Positions 30,660 to 42,748 of a DNA stretch of 64,000 nucleotides are shown piece after piece. Each line of letters opens with the position of its first letter. The stretch's first letter is position 1. Made by a program: the position numbers and the translations under genes. Source of the stretch: Planctomycetota bacterium (GTDB lineage Bacteria; Planctomycetota; B15-G4; JADJEK01); NCBI GenBank assembly GCA_044225365.1, contig JBGAIQ010000015.1, forward strand, positions 37,346-101,345, written 5' to 3'. The notes under the pieces were generated by a model that saw only the letters and a program-made list of their open reading frames with translations, did no database searches and had not been told where the DNA came from.

Positions 30660-31117
30660 TGGTCGATATCGAAGGCGCTCCCGAAAATCATCGGGTGCGT
30701 CAGCTTGCGGTGTTCCTCGCCAACCGCCTCGGCGCGCTACTCTCGCTGCATCGTGCGCTCGAAGGCGCGCAGATCCAGATCCTCGGACTCACGGTCGTCG
30801 ATGCCGCGGATCACGCCGTCGCGCGACTCGTCGTCGATCAGCCTACGCTCGCCGCGCAGGCGCTCCGCGACGGCGGCTACGCGTTCGTCGAGACGGATCT
30901 GATCGCGGTCGCGTTTCCGAGCTCGGTGGGAATCCGCCGCGTGCTCACCGCGATCCTCGTCGCCGAGGTCAACATCCACTATCTCTACGCGCTCTTCGCG
31001 CCGCTCGCCGACCGTGCGGTCCTGGTGCTGCATGTCGACGACCCCGCCTCCGCGGCGCAACTCCTCCTCCAACGCAGCATCGAGCTGGTCGACCAGAGCG
31101 CCTTCCGCCCGGCCTGA
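30659..31117 (+). CDS. Tandem ACT-domain protein
   Basis: RQLAVFLANRLGAL...VNIHYLY pattern of double-ACT proteins; TGATG overlap. Confidence 0.8.
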   Translation: MVDIEGAPENHRVRQLAVFLANRLGALLSLHRALEGAQIQILGLTVVDAADHAVARLVVDQPTLAAQALRDGGYAFVETDLIAVAFPSSVGIRRVLTAILVAEVNIHYLYALFAPLADRAVLVLHVDDPASAAQLLLQRSIELVDQSAFRPA

Positions 31118-31370
31118 CTCGCGGTACGGAATGTTTTTCCGCTCGCTGCGCGCGACGACGAAATCGTTGCGAGCCGATGGCGCGTCGTAGCTGCGGCGCT
31201 CTGCCACCGCGATCGTCGGAAGTCCTTGCCAAATGGGGGATCGAGAGTCTCTGAGGCCGTGCACGACTACCGGCTCCGGCGCACGGCGGAATCGGCAAGC
31301 GGCGTGCACTGGGCACTCCGTCCAGGACCTTCCCGTCTGCGGGAGATCGCACGATCTCCGGAGCATCTCC

Positions 31371-32786
31371 ATGTCCCTTGGAAGCAGCCTCACTCCGACG
31401 ATCCCTGCCGAGAACGCCCCGTCGGCCTACGAATCGCTGAAGGCGTCGTACCTCGCCGCACAGGCTCGCTACGAGCGCCTCGAGGACCTCGTGCGGGCAG
31501 GATCGCGCGACGCGATCCGTGTGGGACAGGAGAAGGGCGAACTGCCCGATCCCGGCCGCGTCTCGATCGTGATCCCGGTGTGGAATCAGGGCGATCTGAC
31601 GAAGGCGTGCATCGCGTCCATTCGCACGCACACGGGTCTCGACCACGAGATCGTCCTGATCGACAACGGATCCGATGCGGCGACGAAAGAGATCCTCCTC
31701 GAGATGCAGCGGGAGTCGACGCGCATTCGCGTGATCGAGAACGAACAGAACGAGGGCTTTGCTTTCGCATGCAATCAAGGGATCGCCGCGGCGAAGGGCG
31801 AACACATCGTGTTCCTCAACAACGACGTCGCCGTGACCGAGCGTTGGCTCACGCGGATGCTCGCGTTCTCCAGCCTCGACCGGCGCCTCGGTCTCGTCGG
31901 CCCACGCTCGAACCGCGCCTCCGGTCCACAGCAGGTCGACGAACTCAAGTACGACGATCTGCAGGCGATGGAGCGGGTCGCCGCGCGCTACTGCACCCGA
32001 CATCAAGGTGACTACTCGCTCCAGACTCGACTCGTGGGTCTCTGCCTCCTCGTCACCCGCGACGTGATCGAGACGATCGGCGGGTTCGACCCGTGTTTCT
32101 TCCCCGGCAATCTCGAGGACGACGATTTCTGCCTGCGCGCGGTTCGCGCGGGATTCCAACCGGCGATCGTCGACGACGTCTTCGTCCATCACGCCCAGAG
32201 CGCGACGTTCAAGGGCGAGAAGATCGACTACGCGCGCACGCTGTTCGACAACTGGCGCTGGTTCTGCGACAAGCACGAGCACAGCGGTGAATACGGTCCG
32301 TATCCCGCGCGGCATCTGGCGACGAAGCGAGCGTTCGAACACGATCTCGATTTCGTGCCGCCGCGGCACGACGATGTGTTCAAGAAGGGTCTCGAACCGC
32401 TCGCGCTCGAGGGCGCCCGTGGCCGTCGCATCCTGATGTTCGTCGACGCCGAGCGTGGAGCGTGGCAGGAGCGCCTCAAGGCGTTCCTCGCATCGCACGC
32501 GCCCGACTCGGACGTCTCCCTCGTCCTGCGCATCGAGCCGCCGCAGCGCGATCTCGTCGACGCCGTCGTCGCGCGCGTCACGGAGATCCTGAAGGCGACG
32601 GGCAAGCCGGATTCGCAGACTCCCGACGTGATGGCCGACATCACGCCGATCCCGTCCTCGCGCCGCGGCTCGCTCTACGCCGCCGCGCACGAGCTGTGGC
32701 TCACGGGTTCGCCCCGCGACCGCGTGTATCGGCGCGAGGCCGAAGCCTGCGGGGTCCGGATCGGCTCGCCGAATGCGGGTGAATGA
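31371..32786 (+). CDS. Glycosyltransferase family 2 with C-terminal extension
   Basis: VSIVIPVWN, LIDNGS, NEGFAFACNQG, FLNND, IGGFD...EDDDFCLR. Start uncertain. Confidence 0.88.
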   Translation: MSLGSSLTPTIPAENAPSAYESLKASYLAAQARYERLEDLVRAGSRDAIRVGQEKGELPDPGRVSIVIPVWNQGDLTKACIASIRTHTGLDHEIVLIDNGSDAATKEILLEMQRESTRIRVIENEQNEGFAFACNQGIAAAKGEHIVFLNNDVAVTERWLTRMLAFSSLDRRLGLVGPRSNRASGPQQVDELKYDDLQAMERVAARYCTRHQGDYSLQTRLVGLCLLVTRDVIETIGGFDPCFFPGNLEDDDFCLRAVRAGFQPAIVDDVFVHHAQSATFKGEKIDYARTLFDNWRWFCDKHEHSGEYGPYPARHLATKRAFEHDLDFVPPRHDDVFKKGLEPLALEGARGRRILMFVDAERGAWQERLKAFLASHAPDSDVSLVLRIEPPQRDLVDAVVARVTEILKATGKPDSQTPDVMADITPIPSSRRGSLYAAAHELWLTGSPRDRVYRREAEACGVRIGSPNAGE

Positions 32787-32864
32787 CCGGTTCGTGCGTG
32801 AGACCTCGATCGCGGTCGCAAGGGCCGGAGATCGACGCGCGAAAGTAGAGTTCGCGCCCCTCGC

Positions 32865-33746
32865 TCAGAAGTAATCGTTCGTCCGCACGACCTCGCGCGC
32901 GTTCACCTTCGCGATGAACCGGCGTAGCTCGCTGCCGCTGCAGTGCTCGGAGTAGGGGACGAAGAACACGTTCTTCTTCTGCGGCTTTCCGGCCGTCCAG
33001 CCGGTCGGGAGGATCGCGATCGAGCCGTCGCCGACCGGATTCGCCGTCTCCGAGAAGTACCGCATGCCGTAGCCGTGGACGCGCGTTTCGCTGCGCTCGG
33101 TGGTCACGCAGTCGTTCATGCCGATGAGGTCGTAGATCCTGAAGTAGTCGCGGGACAGCGCGGTCTTGAGGCCCAGTCGATCGCGGATCGCCTGCACCAC
33201 GCGGTTCTTGCCGATCCGATACACGCCGAGCTTGACGCGATGATCGGGGTGTTCGGTGATGAGTGCGAGGATGCGGTCGATCGCTTCGCTCTGCGGCGGA
33301 TGCTCGTGCGTCGCGTGCTCGCCGGCAGCATCGCTGCCCTCGCCGTACGTCGTGTCGAGAAGGAGGAGATCGATCGAATCGAAGAGCTCAGGATGCGCGT
33401 CGTGCTCTTGCGAGTAGCGAAAGTCGCCGGTGTGCAGGATCTTCTTCCCATTCGCTTCGAAGAGAAACATCAACGCGCCGGGGCAGTGGTTCGCGTCGAA
33501 CGCCGTCACGCGCACGCCGGCGTCGAGCGTCGCGCACTCGCCTGCGTCGAGCGTGCGGATCGACGTGGGAGGAACGCCGTGCAGGTTCTCGAGCAGGCGC
33601 GCGGTGAGCGAGGAGCAGAGCATGGGTCGCGAATCGCCCGACAGGAGGCCCTTGCGATGGTCGGCGTGGTAGTGGGTGAGGACGTAGAGTTGCGCGTCGC
33701 GAGTGCGGAAGTCGTCGACTTCGATGCTTGTGCCGGGGATCTTCAT
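32865..33746 (-). CDS. SNM1/PSO2/Artemis-like MBL-beta-CASP DNA repair nuclease
   Basis: LTHYHADH, DANHCPGALMFLF, LHTGDFR, LLLDTTY, PYSEHCS; ATGA overlap with the upstream phosphatase. Confidence 0.85.
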   Translation of the reverse strand: MKIPGTSIEVDDFRTRDAQLYVLTHYHADHRKGLLSGDSRPMLCSSLTARLLENLHGVPPTSIRTLDAGECATLDAGVRVTAFDANHCPGALMFLFEANGKKILHTGDFRYSQEHDAHPELFDSIDLLLLDTTYGEGSDAAGEHATHEHPPQSEAIDRILALITEHPDHRVKLGVYRIGKNRVVQAIRDRLGLKTALSRDYFRIYDLIGMNDCVTTERSETRVHGYGMRYFSETANPVGDGSIAILPTGWTAGKPQKKNVFFVPYSEHCSGSELRRFIAKVNAREVVRTNDYF

Positions 33747-34279
33747 GGCGACGCTGCATCGCTCGCGCCGCCGCGTCGCCCCGCGATGTCCGCAATCAGA
33801 GCCTTCGCCGTGCGGTCGACCATGTCGAAGACGAGTTCGAAGTCCTCGCGCTCTCCCGTGTAGGGATCGGGGACGTCGCTGGAATTCGCCGTGCCGCCCG
33901 AGAGCTCGGGATCGAAGCTGCGGAACAACTCCACGCGCGCGCGCGAGGCGCCGCCGCGCGGTGCGAGCGTGCGGAGGTCCGAGAGGTTCGTTCGATCCAT
34001 CGCGAGGATGAGGTCGAACTCGGAGAAGTCGGCGCGCCGCACCTGCCGCGCGCGCAGGTCGGAGATGTCGACGCCGCGCGCCCTCGCGGTGGCGATCGCC
34101 CTCCGATCCGGTGGCTCTCCGACGTGCCACGCTCCGGTGCCGGCAGAATCGTGAACGACGGAATCGACGAGTCCGGCCTTGCGCAATCGCTCGCGAAACG
34201 CGCCCTCCGCGAGCGGCGATCGACAGATGTTGCCGAGACACACGAAGAGAACGGCGAATCGGGCGTCGGATCCAGTCAT
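33743..34279 (-). CDS. Low-molecular-weight protein-tyrosine phosphatase
   Basis: VLFVCLGNICRSP, DSAGT, DVPDPY. Confidence 0.93.
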   Translation of the reverse strand: MTGSDARFAVLFVCLGNICRSPLAEGAFRERLRKAGLVDSVVHDSAGTGAWHVGEPPDRRAIATARARGVDISDLRARQVRRADFSEFDLILAMDRTNLSDLRTLAPRGGASRARVELFRSFDPELSGGTANSSDVPDPYTGEREDFELVFDMVDRTAKALIADIAGRRGGASDAASP

Positions 34280-34330
34280 TCTCTCGATCTCAGCAATTCC
34301 ATCCGCCGTATCCATCCACCAACCGCCGAC

Positions 34331-35392
34331 CTATCCGCCACGAGTGTGCATCTCGAGCCGCGGGTCGTCCTTGCGCTCGTCCTTCCATGCGCTCTCGCGC
34401 TTGTCGCGCAATGCGAGCTGCGCTTCGGCGCCGCGATCGTCGCGCGCGCTCCAGCGTTGCGAGAGGAGCTCGGCGATGGCGTGGCTCGACAGCCCTTGCC
34501 GCAGCGGCGTCTTGAGATCGAAGCCGTGACGCGCGTAGAGGCACGTGTACCAGGTGCCGTCGGCCGTCAGACGACTGCGGTCGCACGATGCGCAGAACGG
34601 CGCCGTCGTCGAAGCGATGATCCCGAACGTCTGACCGCTCGCGAGCGCGAAGCGCTCGGCGGGCGCGGCGGCCTCGATCTCGTCCTTCGCGGGAACGGGC
34701 GCGACGGCGCCGAATCGCGCTTCGATGCGCGCGAGGAGATCGGCTCGCTTCACGACCTTCGACCACGACCAATCGATCGCGCCGGGCACATCCATGTACT
34801 CGATGAAGCGGATCTCGCAGTCGCTCGCCCGAGCGTAGTCGAGGAGGTCGAAGAGCTCGGAGTCGTTCACACCCGCGATGAGCACCGTGTCGAGCTTGAT
34901 GCCGGTGAATCCCGCACGCCGCGCGGCTTCGATCCCGGCCAGCACGCGCGGGAGTTCGTCGCGCTTCGAGATCGAAACGAAGCGCTCGTGCTGCAGGGTG
35001 TCGAGGCTCACGGTGAGGCGTTTCAGGCCCGCATGACGCAATTCACCGGCGAGGCCTTCGAGGAGCACGCCGTTCGTCGTCAGGGCCAGATCGCGCAGAC
35101 CCGGCTTGCCAGCGAGGAGCGCGACGAGCGTCGGCAGCTCGCGTCGCAGCAGCGGCTCGCCCCCGGTCAGGCGGATCTTGTCGACACCTAGCACGAGGAA
35201 GCTGTCGACGAGCCTCGCGATCTCGTCGAACGTGAGGATGTCGGCCTTGGGCAGCCAGGAGTATTCCTCGTCCGGCATGCAGTAGGCGCAGCGCAGATTG
35301 CACCGATCGGTGACGGACAGCCGCAGATTGCGGAGCGGTCGGCCGAGGGAATCGATGCGGTGCAAGTTCGTCCTCGAGAGTTCACGGTCCAA
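34331..35392 (-). CDS. moaA: GTP 3',8-cyclase (molybdenum cofactor biosynthesis)
   Basis: LRLSVTDRCNLRCAYCMP, RLTGGEP, FCASCDRSRLTADG...CL, C-terminal GG. Confidence 0.96.
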   Translation of the reverse strand: MDRELSRTNLHRIDSLGRPLRNLRLSVTDRCNLRCAYCMPDEEYSWLPKADILTFDEIARLVDSFLVLGVDKIRLTGGEPLLRRELPTLVALLAGKPGLRDLALTTNGVLLEGLAGELRHAGLKRLTVSLDTLQHERFVSISKRDELPRVLAGIEAARRAGFTGIKLDTVLIAGVNDSELFDLLDYARASDCEIRFIEYMDVPGAIDWSWSKVVKRADLLARIEARFGAVAPVPAKDEIEAAAPAERFALASGQTFGIIASTTAPFCASCDRSRLTADGTWYTCLYARHGFDLKTPLRQGLSSHAIAELLSQRWSARDDRGAEAQLALRDKRESAWKDERKDDPRLEMHTRGG

Positions 35393-35425
35393 GGGTCACG
35401 AGCCGATCGCCGGACGCAGCGTCTC

Positions 35426-35797
35426 TCACATGTCCATGCCGAGTTCGAGCATCGCCGTCTGCGACATCTTCTCCTTCGTCCATGGTGGATCGAAGGTGAC
35501 GGCGACCTTCACTTCGTTCACGCCCTCGATCGCCTTCATCCGCTTCTCGACGTCGACCGGGATCTGTTCCGCGGAGGGACAGTTGGGCGACGTGAGCGTC
35601 ATGATGATGTTCACGTTCGATTCGGGTGAGACGTCGACGTCGTAGATGAGTCCGAGCTCGTAGACGTCGACGGGGATCTCGGGATCGTAGACCTTCTTGA
35701 GGCCCGTCACGATCAGGTCCTTCATCGCGTCGGTCAGGCCGCCGCCCTTGAAGTTGACGTGCCAGATGGAAGTCGAGTCAGTGTCCGCGGTCGACAT
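35426..35797 (-). CDS. sufT: SufT/DUF59 Fe-S cluster assembly protein
   Basis: VYDPEIPVDVYELGLIY, TLTSPNCP, FDPPW. Confidence 0.92.
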   Translation of the reverse strand: MSTADTDSTSIWHVNFKGGGLTDAMKDLIVTGLKKVYDPEIPVDVYELGLIYDVDVSPESNVNIIMTLTSPNCPSAEQIPVDVEKRMKAIEGVNEVKVAVTFDPPWTKEKMSQTAMLELGMDM

Positions 35798-35800
35798 CGT

Positions 35801-36250
35801 TCACTCCGTGGATACCGGATCTTGTTGCTTCTCGATCGCGGCGATGAAGGTGTGCCAGGCGAGCGTCGCGCACTTGGCGCGGTTCGGGTAGTCGCGCACG
35901 CCGGAGAAGACGGCGAGCTTGCCGAGTGCGTCGACGTCGGGTTCGCTCGTGCCGGTGATGAGTTCGTGGAATCGCTCGAAGATGACGCGCGCTTCGTCGA
36001 TCGTCTTGCCCTTCAGGGTCTGGGTGAGCAGCGAGGCCGACGACGTCGAGATCGCGCAACCCTTGCCCTCGAAGCAGACGTCCGCGACCTTTTCGTCCGC
36101 GCCGAGCGTGACGAAGATCTCGATCTGATCGCCGCAAAGCGGATTGAAGCCACGCGCATGATGCGGAGCGTCGTCCTTCCGCCGGAAGTTCCGCGGGTTC
36201 TTGCCGTGATCGAGGATGAGCTCTTGGTAGAGGTCGCGAAGATCGGACAT
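35801..36250 (-). CDS. sufU: SufU/NifU-like sulfur transfer protein
   Basis: LYQELILDH, NPLCGD, GCAIS, RAKCATLAW. Confidence 0.94.
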   Translation of the reverse strand: MSDLRDLYQELILDHGKNPRNFRRKDDAPHHARGFNPLCGDQIEIFVTLGADEKVADVCFEGKGCAISTSSASLLTQTLKGKTIDEARVIFERFHELITGTSEPDVDALGKLAVFSGVRDYPNRAKCATLAWHTFIAAIEKQQDPVSTE

Positions 36251-37557
36251 CAGCCGAATACCTCGTTCACCTTGAGGAGCGCCTTCACGAGGCGGTCGAT
36301 GTCGTCCTTGCCGTTGTAGACGGCGAGCGAGGCGCGGGCGGTCGCGGGGACGCCGAAGCGCGCCATTACCGGCTGGGTGCAGTGATGCCCAGTGCGGATC
36401 GCCACGCCCTCGCGATCGAGGATGGTGCCGATGTCGTGCGGGTGGACGTGATCGTGGACGAAGGCGAGGATCGACGCCTTGTGGGGAGCCGTGCCGATGA
36501 GCTTGATGTGGGGGATCTCGGCGAGAGCCGCCGTCCCGTAGCGCAGGATCTCCTGCTCGTGCGCGGCGATGTTCTCGATGCCGACGCTCTCCATCCAGTC
36601 GATCGCCGCCGCCCAGCCGACGGGGCCCGCGATGTCGGGCGTGCCCGCTTCGAAGTAGTAGGGCAGCTTGTTGTAGACCGTCTTCTCGAGCGTGACCGAG
36701 AGGATCATGTCGCCGCCGCCTTGCCAGGGCGGGAGCTTCTCGAGGATCGCACGCTTTCCGTACAGTGCGCCGATGCCGGTGGGACCGTAGGCCTTGTGGG
36801 CCGACATCGCGTAGAAGTCGACGTCGAGCGCCTGCACGTCGATCTTGTTGTGCGAAGTCGCCTGCGCGCCGTCGACCAGCACGAGCGCGCCGACCGCGTG
36901 CGCCTTCTTCGTGATCTCGGCGATCGGATTGATCGTGCCGAGCGAATTCGATTGATGCACCACGCAGACGATCTTCGTCTTGCTCGAGAGCATCGGCTCG
37001 AATTCGTCCATGAGCAACGCGCCGTTGTCGTCGATCGGCGCCACGCGCAGCGTCGCGCCCGTCGCTTGGCAGGCCATCTGCCACGGCACGATGTTGGAGT
37101 GATGCTCCATGTGCGTGATGAGGACTTCATCGCCGGCTTTCAACCCGCGACCGAAGGTCTGCGCGACGAGATTGATCCCCTCGGTCGTGCCCCGAGTGAA
37201 GATGATCTCCGCCTCTTCCTTGGCGTGGATCCACTTCGCGATGCGCTTGCGCGCGCCTTCGAAGGCCTGCGTCGCGCGGTTGCTGAGTTCGTGGACGCCG
37301 CGGTGGACGTTGGCGTTGTCGTGCTCGTAGTAGCGGGAGATTGCGTCGATCACCGCGCGCGGCTTCTGCGTCGTCGCCGCGTTGTCGAGGTAGACGAGCG
37401 GATGGCCGTGGATGTCCTGATGCAGGATCGGGAACGCGCGCCGGATCTCCTCGAGATTCAGCGGCGCGGGTGCCGGGGGAACCGGGACGGCGCTCCGCTC
37501 GGCCGATGCGGCGTCCTTCGAATTGGCGGTCTTCTTCACTCTCTTGATCGCGGCCAT
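36250..37557 (-). CDS. sufS: Cysteine desulfurase, SufS family
   Basis: YLDNAATTQKP, HHSNIVPWQ, SAHKAYGPTG, RTGHHC. Confidence 0.96.
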   Translation of the reverse strand: MAAIKRVKKTANSKDAASAERSAVPVPPAPAPLNLEEIRRAFPILHQDIHGHPLVYLDNAATTQKPRAVIDAISRYYEHDNANVHRGVHELSNRATQAFEGARKRIAKWIHAKEEAEIIFTRGTTEGINLVAQTFGRGLKAGDEVLITHMEHHSNIVPWQMACQATGATLRVAPIDDNGALLMDEFEPMLSSKTKIVCVVHQSNSLGTINPIAEITKKAHAVGALVLVDGAQATSHNKIDVQALDVDFYAMSAHKAYGPTGIGALYGKRAILEKLPPWQGGGDMILSVTLEKTVYNKLPYYFEAGTPDIAGPVGWAAAIDWMESVGIENIAAHEQEILRYGTAALAEIPHIKLIGTAPHKASILAFVHDHVHPHDIGTILDREGVAIRTGHHCTQPVMARFGVPATARASLAVYNGKDDIDRLVKALLKVNEVFG

Positions 37558-37565
37558 GGTTCGAT

Positions 37566-38891
37566 TCAGTCCTCGTTCGTCATCAGGTGCGAAGCATCGG
37601 GCTCGCGGGTGAGCCGCCTCGCAAGGCGATCGCGCAGGGACTCGATCGTGAGTCGATCGAGGATCTCGTTCGCGAAGGCATAGGTCAGGAGGTCGCGCGC
37701 GGTCGCGACGGCGATGCCGCGGCTGCGCAGGTAGAAGAGCGCCGTCTCGTCGATCTGTCCGATCGTCGAACCGTGCGAGCATTTCACGTCGTCGGCGAGG
37801 ATCTCGAGCTGCGGCGTGCTGTTGCACAGCGCTTCGTTCGACGTGAGCAGGTTGTTGTTCTCCTGCGCGGACGAGGTCTTCTGCGCGTCCTTGCGGACCA
37901 GGATGCGGCCGAAGAACGTTCCGCGGCTCTTGCCGCCGAGCACACCTTTGTAGTGCTCGCGCGACGTGGTGTGCGGAACGGCGTGATCGATCACCGTGTA
38001 GTGGTCGTGCTGCTTCGCTCCGTCGAGGACGTAGAGACCGTCGATCTCGCAGCTCGCGCCTTGGCCGAGCAGCGTGACGTACAGCGAGTGGCGATGGAAC
38101 GCGCCGCCGAGCGACACGACGAGCGAGCGATAGTTCGAGTCGCGACCGGTCTGGTGTACGCGGGTCGCGGCGATGTGGACCACGTCCGTGTGCTCGTCGC
38201 CGACCGTCACGTGTTCGAGATTCGCGCCGTCGGCGAGTTCGACGTCGACGACGACGTTGGCGAAGGACGCGCCTCCGCCCTCGGAGATGTGCTGCTCCAC
38301 GATCGTGGCCTTCGAGTTGGCGCCCGCGATCACGATCACGCGCGTGTGCTGCGCGATGCCGCCGCCGCTCGTCGACGACACGATCTCGATCGGCGACTCG
38401 ATCGCGGCGTTCGCGTCGATCGTGACGACGACGCCATCGGTGAACATCGCGGTGTTCAGCGCCGAGAAGGAGTGGTCGCGCGGACTGGGCGCGCCGAGGA
38501 AGCGCTCGAGTCGCGCGCCGTTGTCGAGCACGGCGGTGGCGAGGGATTCGATACGCAGGCCGGGCACTTTGGTCCCGAGCCCACTCGAGAGTGGGGGTGC
38601 TGCCACACGACCGTCGATCAGGACGATTCGAAGCGATCCTTCGGTGCCGACCGCGGGCGGAAGGTCGGCGGTGGTCGCTTTGCTCGTGAGCTGCGACGCG
38701 AGCGGCAGCTTGGTGAACAAGGCGGCGTTCGCGTAGCGCCACGCCTCCAGCTTGCGCGTGGGAAGGCCCGCTTCGACGAAGAACGCATGAGCGTCCTCGC
38801 GAGCCTTCGTCAGCCACGCGGGCTCCTTGCCGCGGACGAACGCGAGCCACTTCGAGAAGTCGAGCGCGGCGTGTTCCTTCACGTCGTTCAT
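37566..38891 (-). CDS. sufD: Fe-S cluster assembly protein SufD
   Basis: EAWRY, PQLEILADDVKCSHGSTIGQ, FYLRSRGI. Confidence 0.95.
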   Translation of the reverse strand: MNDVKEHAALDFSKWLAFVRGKEPAWLTKAREDAHAFFVEAGLPTRKLEAWRYANAALFTKLPLASQLTSKATTADLPPAVGTEGSLRIVLIDGRVAAPPLSSGLGTKVPGLRIESLATAVLDNGARLERFLGAPSPRDHSFSALNTAMFTDGVVVTIDANAAIESPIEIVSSTSGGGIAQHTRVIVIAGANSKATIVEQHISEGGGASFANVVVDVELADGANLEHVTVGDEHTDVVHIAATRVHQTGRDSNYRSLVVSLGGAFHRHSLYVTLLGQGASCEIDGLYVLDGAKQHDHYTVIDHAVPHTTSREHYKGVLGGKSRGTFFGRILVRKDAQKTSSAQENNNLLTSNEALCNSTPQLEILADDVKCSHGSTIGQIDETALFYLRSRGIAVATARDLLTYAFANEILDRLTIESLRDRLARRLTREPDASHLMTNED

Positions 38892-38898
38892 CGCTGCC

Positions 38899-39660
<762 letters not shown>

Positions 39661-39686
39661 GGAGTCATCCAATCCTTGTTCCATTC

Positions 39687-39745
39687 GTAGGGGCAGACGG
39701 CTGTCTGCCCGCCGTTGATCCGGGCGCACAGCCGTGCGCCCCTAC
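39687..39745. repeat. Inverted pair of GTAG-type REP elements (REPIN-like) between sufB and sufC
   Basis: 39687-39710 GTAGGGGCAGACGGCTGTCTGCCC (+) and 39722-39745, whose reverse complement is GTAGGGGCGCACGGCTGTGCGCCC. Confidence 0.85.
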
Positions 39746-39774
39746 GGCGTCGAGCTCCGCAACGGGTGAAACGA

Positions 39775-41220
<1,446 letters not shown>

Positions 41221-41225
41221 GGGAT

Positions 41226-41702
41226 TCACCTCACCGGAAGAGCACGCTGGCTCGCGTCGGCGCGCACTCCGAGCGTGAGCGGACCCGCCATCTGCGCAAG
41301 ACTGATCTCGGAGAGGGCCGCGTGGACGACTCGGTTGATCGTCTGCCAATTGCTCTTCACGGCGCACATCGCCACGATCGAGCAATTGACGGCTTCATTG
41401 TTGGTGCACTCGGTGATCGAGATCGGACCTTCGACGGCGGCGACGATGTCGGCGACGGAGATCGCGTCAGGGGTCCGAGCGAGACGGTAGCCGCCCTTCA
41501 CTCCGCGGGTCGAGGTGAGCAGGCCGTCGCGGCCGAGGAGCTTCAGGATCTTGCCGACCATCGGCTCGGGAAGATGAACATGGGCCGCGAGGTCACGGGC
41601 GTTGTAGACCGGGGGCGATCCGTCGACGCCGTCGCGCGAGTGATGCGCGAAGTACGTGAGCAGCACGATCGCGTAGTCCGCTTGGCGCGTCATCCGAAGC
41701 AT
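41226..41702 (-). CDS. Rrf2-family SUF system transcriptional regulator
   Basis: [21 protein letters not shown], three Cys (EC...NC...MC); heads the suf operon. Confidence 0.92.
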   Translation of the reverse strand: MLRMTRQADYAIVLLTYFAHHSRDGVDGSPPVYNARDLAAHVHLPEPMVGKILKLLGRDGLLTSTRGVKGGYRLARTPDAISVADIVAAVEGPISITECTNNEAVNCSIVAMCAVKSNWQTINRVVHAALSEISLAQMAGPLTLGVRADASQRALPVR

Positions 41703-41847
41703 GCGATTCACCTGAATCAGGACCGGGGCGGTACTTTATCGCATGGGATCGGAAAGCCGCAAGGCGGAAACTGAACCATTCCGGTTCGGTTTCCGCCTTG
41801 GCGCGGGGGATGTCCCACAAGAGCTTGGTGGGCATTGGCTTGAGAGG

Positions 41848-42546
41848 TCAGGCTCCGGGGCGCAGGTTCCGTCCGCGACCCGACATGAAGAAGTCAAAGA
41901 GCAGAGAGGCCTTCTCGCCGGTGAGGGCGCCCTTGCGAGCCATGACGAGATCGAGAGTCGCCGGATCGAGATCGACGATCGCCATGGTGCGGTTGCGGAA
42001 GGTGTTGAAAGTCTCCTCCGACTTGGGGCCGAGTGCCTTCGTGTCGACGATCTGGCCGTGGATCGACTTGGCGAGTTCCGCCGCGGCCGTGTTGCCCTTA
42101 TCGGCGGCCTTGAAGATCGTGCCGTAGGCGGTGTCGAGCGTCCAAACGTATTCATCGAACGACATTCGGATCGCCCGGAGCTCGGTCTCGAGTTCGATCG
42201 GGATGTGCTTCATCTTCTCGATGGCGTCCTTGAACGTGTCGATCATCTCGCCCACGTCCGGACGGCCGCCGTTTTCCAGGTCCTGGAAGCTCTTCAATGT
42301 ATCGCTCGCACCCTGCGCGACCCGCGAGCGGATCGCGATCACTTGATCGAGCTTGGCGGCGTCGAGCTTCGAGGTGGGCGGTTTGGTGAAGGGGAAGTCC
42401 TTGTTCGTCGTTTCGAGCTGCTTGAAAGACGCCTCGAGCTCCTTGCTGACGTCGATCGACTTCTTCACGACGTAGCTGCAAAAGCCGATCATCAAGATCA
42501 ACCCCACGACCACGATTCCGCCGACGACGGCGAGACAACCCTTCAT
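41848..42546 (-). CDS. Hypothetical N-terminally membrane-anchored helical protein
   Basis: ATG 42546 after GAGGAG; hydrophobic N-terminal segment KGCLAVVGGIVVVGLILMIGFC. Confidence 0.7.
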   Translation of the reverse strand: MKGCLAVVGGIVVVGLILMIGFCSYVVKKSIDVSKELEASFKQLETTNKDFPFTKPPTSKLDAAKLDQVIAIRSRVAQGASDTLKSFQDLENGGRPDVGEMIDTFKDAIEKMKHIPIELETELRAIRMSFDEYVWTLDTAYGTIFKAADKGNTAAAELAKSIHGQIVDTKALGPKSEETFNTFRNRTMAIVDLDPATLDLVMARKGALTGEKASLLFDFFMSGRGRNLRPGA

Positions 42547-42748
42547 GATGCACTCCTCGAGCTTTCGAACGAACCTGCGCGGCGTGAATCGACGCGGCAA
42601 GGACCCAGCATAGCGAGGACTCGGAAAAGTCGAAACGCCGCGACGATTCGACGCTTCTAATGAGCCGCTGCGGTCGCAACCCTACGTCGATCAACGAAGA
42701 GGGATTCACCCGAAACCCGGGCCGCGATTCGCGACGGAGACTCGCAGC

